This document shows positions 1 through 8,086 of a stretch of DNA of 37,471 nt, piece by piece. Source of the DNA: Alphaproteobacteria bacterium (GTDB lineage: Bacteria; Pseudomonadota; Alphaproteobacteria; UBA11222). The notes under the pieces are model-generated. The model made no database searches. It saw only the letters and a program-made list of their open reading frames with translations, and had not been told where the DNA came from. The DNA is taken from assembly GCA_040081735.1 (NCBI GenBank), contig JBEBFX010000002.1, forward strand, positions 1 through 37,471. The letters are read 5' to 3'. Position 1 is the stretch's first letter; every line of letters begins with the position of its first letter. A program made the translations under genes and the position numbers.

Positions 1-433
1 CAGTAAACGCCACCGTGGGTATGAAGCTCATACCAGCCAATGCCGCATTTACGGCGGCCTTGGTGCCGCTGAAAGTCATCGTGGCGTCGGCTGTACCATC
101 ACCGGTAGTGAATACGAGCCCAGTGATGCCGGAGAGCGTTACCGTGCCGTTAGTCCCAGTTAAAGTAACCTGCACGGTAGCCGCATCATCGGCAATACTG
201 ATCAAGTTGTCGTTGGCGGCGGAAAAAACCAGCGCCGCATCGCGGGTGGAAAAGGCGCCCGGGGGGCAATTGCCGGGATCAAGCGATCCATCAAAATTAA
301 GGGGTACAATGAAGGTAGGCCCAGACCCCACCACAAAGCAGGCCTGGGCCGGAGTAGGCAGCGCCGCCAGCACGGCGGTCAATGCGGTTCCGGACAGAAC
401 CAGACCGGAAAATGCCGAAAAGTTTTTGCGCAT
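1..433 (-). CDS. secreted repeat-rich adhesin-like protein, N-terminal fragment (continues past the window start)
   Basis: Absent from the ORF track because it has no stop in the window. ATG at 433-431 is preceded by GGGAGAG. Translation MRKNFSAFSGLVLSGTALTAVLAALPTPAQAC... is a signal peptide ending AQA-C. It is followed by Thr/Gly-rich beta-repeat text (VTLTGTNGTVTLSGITGLVFTTGDGTADATMTFSGTKAAVNAALAGMSF) of the kind seen in giant surface adhesins. The + strand ORF 15..560 is its antisense shadow. Confidence 0.7.
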   Translation of the reverse strand, partial: MRKNFSAFSGLVLSGTALTAVLAALPTPAQACFVVGSGPTFIVPLNFDGSLDPGNCPPGAFSTRDAALVFSAANDNLISIADDAATVQVTLTGTNGTVTLSGITGLVFTTGDGTADATMTFSGTKAAVNAALAGMSFIPTVAFT

Positions 434-444
434 ACCGCTCTCCC

Positions 445-2016
445 TTAAAACCGCGCAACGGCGCCGATACTCAGGCTGCGCTGGTCATATTCAAAAAACC
501 CGACATTGGAGCCGCTCCATACTTCATTGTAACGCAACGCAATATCCGCGTGACGGGTGACGGTGTGGCTGATCTGCGCCTGGGTGCGCCAGACATCGTC
601 CTGCCGGGTGATCAGAAAACCTGTTAGGCTGGTGCGGTTATCATATTCATCGCGATTATAACTGACGCCGGCGTCGCCTGAAAATCCAAGCGGCAACGCC
701 ACCTGAAGCCCCGCAGTGGCGCCCGCCGCCCAATAATCATAATCGGCGCCGTCCGTATTATTTATCGTGCTGAACGCGCCAATGCGGATAGTGGCGTGAT
801 TGCCGGTCAGCGGGATATAATGCATAAGCGACGCGGTATAGGCCTCGCCATCCCGGTCCAGTGTGGGCAAAAACACCCGGAAATCATAGTTGCTTTTTGA
901 TACGCCTGCGCCGCCATCGGTGTATTGGCCATTGGCCCAGCGGTAAAGAAACCCTATCCGCGCGCCGGGCCGCGTAAGATAATGTTCCTCATCGACAAAC
1001 GCGAAATCCACGCTGCCGCGCAGGGTGACCAGAAGCCCCGGCGACAGCAGATGGCTGTAGTCGAAGGCGGCGGTGTGGAACTGCTGATCGAATTGATGTA
1101 AGTCCGTATACTGAGTGAATTGCCCTGCATAGGAAACATTGAACAGATCGGCGTCTGTGGGGCGGAACAGCCAGGCCGCGCCCGCTTCGGCGGCGACAAA
1201 ATCCGAATCCTCCGAGGAAATATCCGCGGGCAACGGCGCGCCATCGGCGATGCCAATCACATTGGTGTTATGCCCATAATGCAGACCGCCAGCCACTGAC
1301 CAGGGTTTTGGCGCAGGCGCTGCTTTGGCGGCGGGCGCCTCAGCAGACGCGACAGCGGGCGCCGGCGCCACGCGGGCGAAGCGCTCCCGCAAATTCGCCG
1401 CCACCGGTGATTGCGGGTAATCGCGCAGCAGCGCGTTTAACTGGTCTGCGGACTTTTGTTTGTCGCCCTGGGCGTTGGCGATCTGGGCGCGGTAAAACGC
1501 GATCATCGGCGCGCGGGCGCCATCCCGTTTCAGGGTTTCATCAAAGGCCGCCCCGGCGCCGGCGTAATCGCCGGTGAGTGAAAGCGCCTTGCCAATCAGC
1601 TCGGACGTTTCGGCGCGTCCGGGTTTGAGCTTGTCATAGGCCGCCAGATCCAGGATCACGCGGCGCGGCAGGTTTGCCCCCAGCAGCGCCTTGCCGCGCT
1701 CAAGCAGCAGTTCGGGATTTTTCGAGCCGCGCTCCGCTGAAAAATTGAACGCGCCTAATGCGCCAACCCATTGGCCGCCGCGGTTAAGCAGCACGCCGGT
1801 GTGAAAATAGGGGTCTGGGTCTGTGTCGTCAGCCGCCATCGCCGCGCGGTATTTCACCAGCGCTTCCGATGGGTGGCCAGCGTTCATCTGTGCAAGGCCT
1901 TCGGCGGTCAATGCCACGGATTGCGGTGACGCCATCACGGGCGCGCCCGGCGTCCCATACGCCAGTAACGCGACGGCGCCGGCTATCTGGCGGCATATTT
2001 TCCAGGTCACGCACAT
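445..2016 (-). CDS. outer-membrane protein: N-terminal TPR domain + C-terminal beta-barrel, Slam/DUF560-like (YaiO-like is the alternative)
   Basis: Long ORF. Start moved to ATG 2016 (MCVTWKICRQIAGAVALLAYGTPGAPVMA|SPQ signal peptide); the track start at 2085 is a TTG. About 230 aa are TPR-like helical text, followed by an Ala/Pro linker (APAPAVASAEAPAAKAAPAPKPW). About 290 aa then show alternating beta-strand text with an aromatic OMP terminus (...SLSIGAVARF). Confidence 0.8.
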   Translation of the reverse strand: MCVTWKICRQIAGAVALLAYGTPGAPVMASPQSVALTAEGLAQMNAGHPSEALVKYRAAMAADDTDPDPYFHTGVLLNRGGQWVGALGAFNFSAERGSKNPELLLERGKALLGANLPRRVILDLAAYDKLKPGRAETSELIGKALSLTGDYAGAGAAFDETLKRDGARAPMIAFYRAQIANAQGDKQKSADQLNALLRDYPQSPVAANLRERFARVAPAPAVASAEAPAAKAAPAPKPWSVAGGLHYGHNTNVIGIADGAPLPADISSEDSDFVAAEAGAAWLFRPTDADLFNVSYAGQFTQYTDLHQFDQQFHTAAFDYSHLLSPGLLVTLRGSVDFAFVDEEHYLTRPGARIGFLYRWANGQYTDGGAGVSKSNYDFRVFLPTLDRDGEAYTASLMHYIPLTGNHATIRIGAFSTINNTDGADYDYWAAGATAGLQVALPLGFSGDAGVSYNRDEYDNRTSLTGFLITRQDDVWRTQAQISHTVTRHADIALRYNEVWSGSNVGFFEYDQRSLSIGAVARF

Positions 2017-2112
2017 CCCCCCAACATCCTGTCCACAGGTCAGGGGAAGTTTTATATTAACAAGGGAAGCTGTAAATACTCCCAAAGGAGTAGAAAAGCG
2101 GGAAATTCCAGC

Positions 2113-2340
2113 CTAAATCTGGATATTTACGCGGACGCCAAGCGTCTCCGCGTCCGGTGTCTGGAAGTAAGCCGCATTGAACGGCGGGGTCCGGCCAACT
2201 TGCTGCGCCAGCACATGCAGGCCGAATTGTGGCGCAGGATCGTTTCGCACCGGGCGGGCCTCAATACACACGGCATTGCTCTCGCGGAAATGCGGCGCTG
2301 ACGCAGGTTTATGTGAAGCTGATAGTGTGGACGGCGTCAT
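2113..2340 (-). CDS. hypothetical small protein (75 aa), doubtful
   Basis: ATG-initiated ORF lying 27 nt upstream of the track ORF of the TPR-barrel gene on the same strand. It has no clear SD, no recognisable motif, no signal peptide, and only average third-position GC. Confidence 0.25.
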   Translation of the reverse strand: MTPSTLSASHKPASAPHFRESNAVCIEARPVRNDPAPQFGLHVLAQQVGRTPPFNAAYFQTPDAETLGVRVNIQI

Positions 2341-2462
2341 AAGGTTTCGATCAATTCAGCGATGAAATACAGTTTTGAAGATAGCCGCACATGATTATTG
2401 TTCAAGCTTTCCCTATGGTTAACACGATATAACCGCATGATCAGTGACGATGGCTACTTAAT

Positions 2463-4892
2463 TTATCTGGTTACAGTTTGTGCTGCCCGTTCATATCGGG
2501 CTGCTGCGGGCGTATTAATGGGATCGGAAAGGGGCGCCGCCTGAAACGAGGCCAGGGTGCGGGCGCGGGCGACATCGCCATAGACCGTGCTGCGCTGTTG
2601 CGGGGTCCGGCCCGCCAGTTTGATCAGCGCCTCCATTTCCTGCGGCGGCATTTCCTGGCCATGGGCCGCGCCCGCCGCACGGGTAATGGTTTCATTCATC
2701 AGGGTGCCGCCTACGTCATTAGCGCCTGCCTGCAAACAGGCGCTAATGCCCTGCGGCCCCATCTTGACCCAGCTGGCCTGAATGTTGCTGATCAGCGGAT
2801 GCAGCGCCAGCCGCGCCACCGCATGCATCAAAATCGCCTCGCGGAAGGTGGGGCCTTTGCGCGCCCGGCCCTTCAGATAAATCGGCGCTTCCATATGCAC
2901 AAACGGCAGCGGCACAAATTCGGTAAAGCCGCCGGTGCGTGCCTGTAATTCGCGCAGCCGCGTCAAATGCCGGGCCCAGTTCAGGGGCCCGTCCACATGC
3001 CCGTACATGATAGTGGACGTCGTGCGGATGCCAAGACCATGGGCGGTCTCCATCACCGTCAGCCATTGGGCCGTGTTGATCTTGTCCGGGCAGATAATGG
3101 CGCGTATTTCATCATCCAGCACTTCGGCCGCCGTGCCGGGCAGCGATCCAAGCCCCGCATCCATCAGTCTACGGAGAAATTCATCCAGCGGCAGCCCAAG
3201 CGTTTCGGCTCCCTGCCATACCTCCAGTGGTGAAAACGCATGCACATGCATATCAGGCGCCGCCTGTTTCACGGCTTTGCAGATATCGATATAGGTCTGG
3301 CCGGTATATTCCGGGTGAATGCCGCCCTGCATGCAGACCTCGGTGGCCCCGCGCGACCAGGCTTCACTGGTGCGGCGCATGATTTCATCCAGCCCGAGAT
3401 CGTAGGGGCGGCCGCGCAGATTTTCGCTCAGCTTGCCCTTGGAAAAGGCGCAGAACTGACATTTGAAATAACAGACATTGGTGTAGTTGATGTTGCGGTT
3501 GACGACATAGCGCACCACTTCGCCGCTAACCTGCGCGCGCAGATCATCGGCCCCCCGGCAGACAGCGGCGAAATCATCGCCGCGCGCCTGAAACAGGGTC
3601 ACGATTTCCGGTTCGGACAGGCCCGTGCCGCTGCATGCCTTATCGATCAGCTCACGGATGATAGGGCTGGTTTGCCCAATGCTTTTTCCCTGGCTGCGCG
3701 CCAGATCGGCGGCGGGCGGCGGCGTCTCGGCGCCGGGCGACCATTCTTCCCCGCGCGCAAAACCTTCGCTGTCGCGCGCCTGCAAAACCCGGGTATGCAG
3801 TGCCGGGTCCAGCCAGCGTTCCGGCGCGCGGGCATAGGCTGGATAAATCGTCAGGCGTTGCAGCAGATGCTTGCCCGCGCTGGCGGTTTCCGACGCCAGA
3901 TGATCCAGATGCGGCCACGGCGCTTCGGGGTTGACAAAATCCGGCGTCACCGGCGACACGCCGCCCCAGTCATTGATCCCCGCGCCGATCAGTTGCGCCA
4001 GGACGCCGGGGCTTAGATTGGGGGGCGCCTGAATGCTCATGTCCGGGCCAAAAACAATGCGGGCAACGGCAATGGTCCAGACCAGATCATCCAGATCGGG
4101 TTCCGGCGCGCCCGCCATGCGGGTGCCGGGTTTGGCCCGGAAATTCTGGACGATAATTTCCTGGATATGCCCGTACCGGTCATGCAGATCGCGCAAGGCA
4201 AGCAACGCCTCGATGCGCTCGCGCCGGGTTTCGCCGATGCCGATCAGAATGCCGCTGGTGAACGGCACGCCGGCCTTGCCTGCCTGTGCGATGCATTCAA
4301 GCCGCAGTTCCGGCGCCTTGTCGGGTGAACCGTGATGCGCCATGCCTTTGGCCAGCAGCCGTTTTGAGGCGCTTTCCAGCATGATGCCCATGCTGGCCGA
4401 GACCTTGCGCAGGCGGGAAAAATCATCGGCGTTCATCAGACCGGGGTTCAGATGCGGCAGCAGGCTGGTCTCCCGCAGCACAAGCGCCGCCATCGCCTCA
4501 AGATAGTCCAGCGTGCTGGAATATCCCAGTTTCGCCAGCGCATCGCGCGCCGCGCCATACCGCGCCTCAGGCTTGTCCCCCAGGGTGAACAGCGCTTCCG
4601 CGCATCCGGCGCGCTCGCCCGCGCGCGCAATGTCCAGAACCTGTTCGGGGCTCAGATAGGCCGCCTCGCCTTTACGCGGCGGATGCGCAAAGGTGCAATA
4701 GTGGCAGACGTCGCGGCACAGATGGGTCAGCGGAATGAACACCTTGCGCGAATAGGACACCAGGTTGCCATGACCGAGGTCGCGCAGGCGTCCGGCGGCG
4801 GCAGCCAACTGGTCTGTATCGCTTATTTCAGCGAGGGCCAGCGCTTCTGTATGGCCCGGGCGATTATCTGTCTGGAATGATATCTGGTTCAT
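2463..4892 (-). CDS. fbiC: FO synthase, fused CofG/CofH (7,8-didemethyl-8-hydroxy-5-deazariboflavin synthase)
   Basis: 809 aa with two radical-SAM CxxxCxxC motifs, one per half (CRDVCHYCTF and CYFKCQFCAF), which is the bifunctional FbiC layout. It is the last gene of the F420 operon. Confidence 0.93.
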   Translation of the reverse strand: MNQISFQTDNRPGHTEALALAEISDTDQLAAAAGRLRDLGHGNLVSYSRKVFIPLTHLCRDVCHYCTFAHPPRKGEAAYLSPEQVLDIARAGERAGCAEALFTLGDKPEARYGAARDALAKLGYSSTLDYLEAMAALVLRETSLLPHLNPGLMNADDFSRLRKVSASMGIMLESASKRLLAKGMAHHGSPDKAPELRLECIAQAGKAGVPFTSGILIGIGETRRERIEALLALRDLHDRYGHIQEIIVQNFRAKPGTRMAGAPEPDLDDLVWTIAVARIVFGPDMSIQAPPNLSPGVLAQLIGAGINDWGGVSPVTPDFVNPEAPWPHLDHLASETASAGKHLLQRLTIYPAYARAPERWLDPALHTRVLQARDSEGFARGEEWSPGAETPPPAADLARSQGKSIGQTSPIIRELIDKACSGTGLSEPEIVTLFQARGDDFAAVCRGADDLRAQVSGEVVRYVVNRNINYTNVCYFKCQFCAFSKGKLSENLRGRPYDLGLDEIMRRTSEAWSRGATEVCMQGGIHPEYTGQTYIDICKAVKQAAPDMHVHAFSPLEVWQGAETLGLPLDEFLRRLMDAGLGSLPGTAAEVLDDEIRAIICPDKINTAQWLTVMETAHGLGIRTTSTIMYGHVDGPLNWARHLTRLRELQARTGGFTEFVPLPFVHMEAPIYLKGRARKGPTFREAILMHAVARLALHPLISNIQASWVKMGPQGISACLQAGANDVGGTLMNETITRAAGAAHGQEMPPQEMEALIKLAGRTPQQRSTVYGDVARARTLASFQAAPLSDPINTPAAARYERAAQTVTR

Positions 4893-4896
4893 GAGA

Positions 4897-5574
4897 TTAT
4901 CTTACGCTTCTAATGGTGGTTTGGGTACGGGATTCCAGATGCAATCCGCGTAAATATTCCTGCGACCGCGCGCCATCGGCGGCGGCGGCAAGTTTCATCA
5001 GATCGTCCGGGCCGTCCACGTCAAAGGCCAGGCTGGGTAAATCCAGTATTTGCGGTGTAATTCCTTTGGCGGCGGCCTCTTCCAGATGGGCTGAAAAACT
5101 GTCGCGGCCATACCGGAACGCGATCAGATCGGGCGGGCAAACGGCCATGGCGTTGGTGCCGCCATGGGCGCTGTCGGGCGCAATCGCAATGGCGGGCGCC
5201 GGACCAAGCGCTGCCAGCAACTGATCCACTTCGGCTGCTTTCGCCAGCGGTATGTCCCCATGCAGCACCAGTACGCCTGCAACCCCTTCGCTGGCCAACA
5301 GATGGGCGGCGCGGGTTACGGCCGGGTTCAGCCCGTCCGATCCGGTCTCGGACAAAATCCGCGCCCCATACTGGCGGGCCAGATCGCAGGCGTCGGCATC
5401 AGATGACACCAGCATGATCCCGCTCAGGCCCCGGGTTTTGGTCAGGGCGCCAAGCACGTCTTCCAGCATCGCCAGGCCCAGCGCGCGCCGTTCCGGGCTG
5501 TGCAAAAGGCCACTAAGGCGCTGTTTTGCCTGGCTTAAATCCTTGATCGGTATAATGGCCCAGATCGCGCGCAT
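4897..5574 (-). CDS. cofC: CofC/FbiD-type guanylyltransferase of F420 biosynthesis (2-phospho-L-lactate / PEP / 3-PG guanylyltransferase)
   Basis: 225 aa. The N-terminus MRAIWAIIPIKDLSQAKQRLSGLL is typical of CofC. It lies 4 nt upstream of fbiC and 18 nt downstream of cofD. Confidence 0.85.
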   Translation of the reverse strand: MRAIWAIIPIKDLSQAKQRLSGLLHSPERRALGLAMLEDVLGALTKTRGLSGIMLVSSDADACDLARQYGARILSETGSDGLNPAVTRAAHLLASEGVAGVLVLHGDIPLAKAAEVDQLLAALGPAPAIAIAPDSAHGGTNAMAVCPPDLIAFRYGRDSFSAHLEEAAAKGITPQILDLPSLAFDVDGPDDLMKLAAAADGARSQEYLRGLHLESRTQTTIRSVR

Positions 5575-5592
5575 GGGCAGTTTCCCTGTGGT

Positions 5593-6531
5593 TTATGCTT
5601 TTGCGGCGAAGTCTAGCACAGTGCCCGCAAGTTCCACCCTGTCTTGCAGGGTGTGCATCACGCTTTGCGCGGTGCGGCACGCCAGGCCTGTGGCGCGGAC
5701 CTGCGGGGCCAGCGCGGCGTCGGTTTCATCCAGAATAAAGCCGTCCAGCAAGCCTTCATAATGCGCCGCGACGGCAAGGGCGGTTTCGGGAACCCCCAGT
5801 TCCTGCATCATCTTGGCGGTTGGCCCCTTGATGGCCCGCCCGCCGACTATGGGCGAAACCGCAATAACCGGGGCGGATGACGCCTTCAGCGCCGCCCGGA
5901 CGCCCGGAACCGCCAGAATGGGATCAATGCTGACAAACGGGTTTGACGGGCAAATGACGATGCACGCCAGCTCCGGGTCGTTCAGGGCTTGCAGCACGCC
6001 CGGCGCTGGCGCCGCCTGATCGCAGCCCGCAAAGCTGAAGCCCGTGACCGCCGGGGCGCATTTATCGCGAACAAAATAATGCTGGAACGCCAACGGGCCG
6101 CCGTTCGTGTGGATGATGGTCCGCACCGGATCATCACTCATCGGCAGGATCCGCGCGCCTACATTCAGGGCCGCAAATAAATCCCGCGTGATATGTGACA
6201 GCGATTGCCCGGCCGCCATCCGGCGGGTGCGTTCAACATGGGTGGCCAGATCAAGATCGCCCAGCTGAAACCAGTCCTCGCCACCCAGTTTGCGCAACGC
6301 CGCCATGAACTGCCAGGTTTCGCCCGCGCGGCCCCAGCCCTGTTGCGCATTGGACAGACCCGCCAGCGTATACATCACCGTGTCGAGATCGGGTGAAATA
6401 TGCAGACCCAGATGGGTGAAGTCGTCACCGGTGTTGACGATCAGCGTCAGATCATCGCCCGGCAGAAGATGAGACAGGCCCAGCGCCAGCTTCGCCCCGC
6501 CAACCCCGCCGCATAGCGCCACGCATTTCAT
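5593..6531 (-). CDS. cofD: 2-phospho-L-lactate transferase (FO phosphotransferase)
   Basis: 312 aa. N-terminal LCGGVGGAKLALGL glycine loop and overall CofD/FbiA-like sequence. 2-nt gap to cofE. Confidence 0.9.
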   Translation of the reverse strand: MKCVALCGGVGGAKLALGLSHLLPGDDLTLIVNTGDDFTHLGLHISPDLDTVMYTLAGLSNAQQGWGRAGETWQFMAALRKLGGEDWFQLGDLDLATHVERTRRMAAGQSLSHITRDLFAALNVGARILPMSDDPVRTIIHTNGGPLAFQHYFVRDKCAPAVTGFSFAGCDQAAPAPGVLQALNDPELACIVICPSNPFVSIDPILAVPGVRAALKASSAPVIAVSPIVGGRAIKGPTAKMMQELGVPETALAVAAHYEGLLDGFILDETDAALAPQVRATGLACRTAQSVMHTLQDRVELAGTVLDFAAKA

Positions 6532-6533
6532 GC

Positions 6534-7307
6534 TCAGCGGAACATATCGATGCGCTTGTCGCGCACCAGGGCGGCGGCGGGCGTTGGCGCATCCTGTTTG
6601 GGGGGCGTAAAGCCGCGGATAAGCACCACCGGCATGCCCTGGGATCCCTGCCCCTGCAACAGCGACCCGGCGGACGCCAGCTCATCGGCGGTGGCGGTTT
6701 CGGTGACTTCCAGACGGCGGCCGAACAGATCGGGTTCGCCGCGCAGATCATGCAGCGTGGTCAGCCCCGCCGCGCCGATGGCGATGCCGACAATGCCGTT
6801 GCGCCAGGGCCGGCCGGAACTGTCATTGATGATGATGGCGACATGAGCGCCGCACAGATCTAATAATTCCGTACGCAGACGTTGGGCCGAGGCGTCCGGG
6901 TCATAGGGCAGCAGCAGGATATTTTCACTGCCGCCGGTATTGTCGATATTGGACTGGTCGATGCCGGCATTGGCCATCACCACGCCAATGCGATGGGCGA
7001 CAATCAGCACATTTTTCTGATAGCGCACAATGTCCGATGATTCAGACAATACCGCCTGCACAAAGCGCGGATCCTTTTCCACGACGGCGGCGATTTCAAT
7101 TGCCCGCGCCGAGGGCGTGATCGTGCGCAAATCCACATACCGGTTTTCGGATTTGGAGACAATTTTTTGCGCGATCACCAGCACGTCGCCATTTTGCAGC
7201 GGCATCCCCGCCGCCAGGGCGCAGTCATGAATGATTTTGGCCAGCGCATCACCCGGCGCCACCAGCGGCATGCCGGGAATGCCGTTCAGTGTAATCGTCT
7301 GCGTCAA
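6534..7307 (-). CDS. cofE: coenzyme F420-0:L-glutamate ligase, single-domain (no C-terminal nitroreductase-like domain)
   Basis: 257 aa. TTG start at 7307 has AAGGGGGA 6-7 nt upstream. The conserved N-terminal ITLNGIPGMPLVAPGD block would be lost with the internal ATG. 1-nt gap to the fno stop. Confidence 0.88.
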   Translation of the reverse strand: MTQTITLNGIPGMPLVAPGDALAKIIHDCALAAGMPLQNGDVLVIAQKIVSKSENRYVDLRTITPSARAIEIAAVVEKDPRFVQAVLSESSDIVRYQKNVLIVAHRIGVVMANAGIDQSNIDNTGGSENILLLPYDPDASAQRLRTELLDLCGAHVAIIINDSSGRPWRNGIVGIAIGAAGLTTLHDLRGEPDLFGRRLEVTETATADELASAGSLLQGQGSQGMPVVLIRGFTPPKQDAPTPAAALVRDKRIDMFR

Positions 7308-7308
7308 G

Positions 7309-7974
7309 CTAGTCCCCCTTGCCGCTCGGATTGCCCGCAGTTCCGGTGATGCGCAGGCCCGCGCCCTCGATCTGATAGCGCTTGTTGATGCCGATCAGCA
7401 CCGAGGTCAGCGCCTCCGCCGCCACACTGTTGGCCAGCGGTCCTGCATGCCAGCCGCGCATACCGGCGGCTTCGACCAGTTCAACCACCTGCTCGCGGGC
7501 CGCCAGTTTGTCGCCGCACACCAGCACATCGCAATCAACCGGATGATCGTCGCGCAGATGACTGGCGCCGACATTCTGAAACGCCGATACGACGGTGACG
7601 CCATCGCCCAGCACGGCCTGTGCGGCAAGTGCGGCGCAGCCTTCCGGCGGCATCTGCACGCGCGCCACCCGGGGCGGCACCAGCGGCACGGTGACATCGA
7701 CCAGAATCTTGCCGGTCAGCGCGTCGCGCACGCTTTCCAGCGTCGATTTCTGATTGGCGAACGGCACGGTCAGCACCGCGATGTCGCAGGCTTTCGCCGC
7801 GCTGACATTGTCCATGCCAACCGCGCCCAGAGGTTTGGCGGCGTCCAGCGCCTTTTCCAGGGTGCGTGATCCGATGATGATTTTGTACCCGGCGCGGGAC
7901 CAGCGCACGGCCAGGCCGCCCCCCAGATCGCCGGTGCCGCCCAGAATGGCGATAGTGGGTTTATTTACTGTCAT
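7309..7974 (-). CDS. fno: NADPH-dependent F420 reductase (F420:NADP+ oxidoreductase)
   Basis: 221 aa. Rossmann N-terminus IAILGGTGDLGGGLAVRWSRAGYKIIIGSR is typical of Fno/NpdG. First gene of the minus-strand F420 operon. Confidence 0.88.
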   Translation of the reverse strand: MTVNKPTIAILGGTGDLGGGLAVRWSRAGYKIIIGSRTLEKALDAAKPLGAVGMDNVSAAKACDIAVLTVPFANQKSTLESVRDALTGKILVDVTVPLVPPRVARVQMPPEGCAALAAQAVLGDGVTVVSAFQNVGASHLRDDHPVDCDVLVCGDKLAAREQVVELVEAAGMRGWHAGPLANSVAAEALTSVLIGINKRYQIEGAGLRITGTAGNPSGKGD

Positions 7975-8086
7975 GTCTGTGCCCGCGCTTTGAATTGCAT
8001 TTACGCATGGTTAGCACGAAAAACGCTGGAGTGAAATGGCTGCCCGGTGCTAGCCTACGATAACGAAAAACAGCAGGGAGGCTGCC
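7975..8086. promoter_or_regulatory. divergent intergenic region between the fno operon and the first LLM gene (must carry both promoters)
   Basis: 112-bp gap between divergent starts. It contains the 9-nt direct repeat ACGAAAAAC at 8016-8024 and 8063-8071. No -35/-10 elements were confidently assigned. Confidence 0.4.

Noticed and set aside
15-560. 181-aa + strand ORF at the left edge
   Set aside because: It is antisense to the better-supported minus-strand gene, which has a signal peptide and an SD at 433. Its composition is typical of a high-GC shadow frame, and it runs across the stop and intergenic spacer of the real genes.
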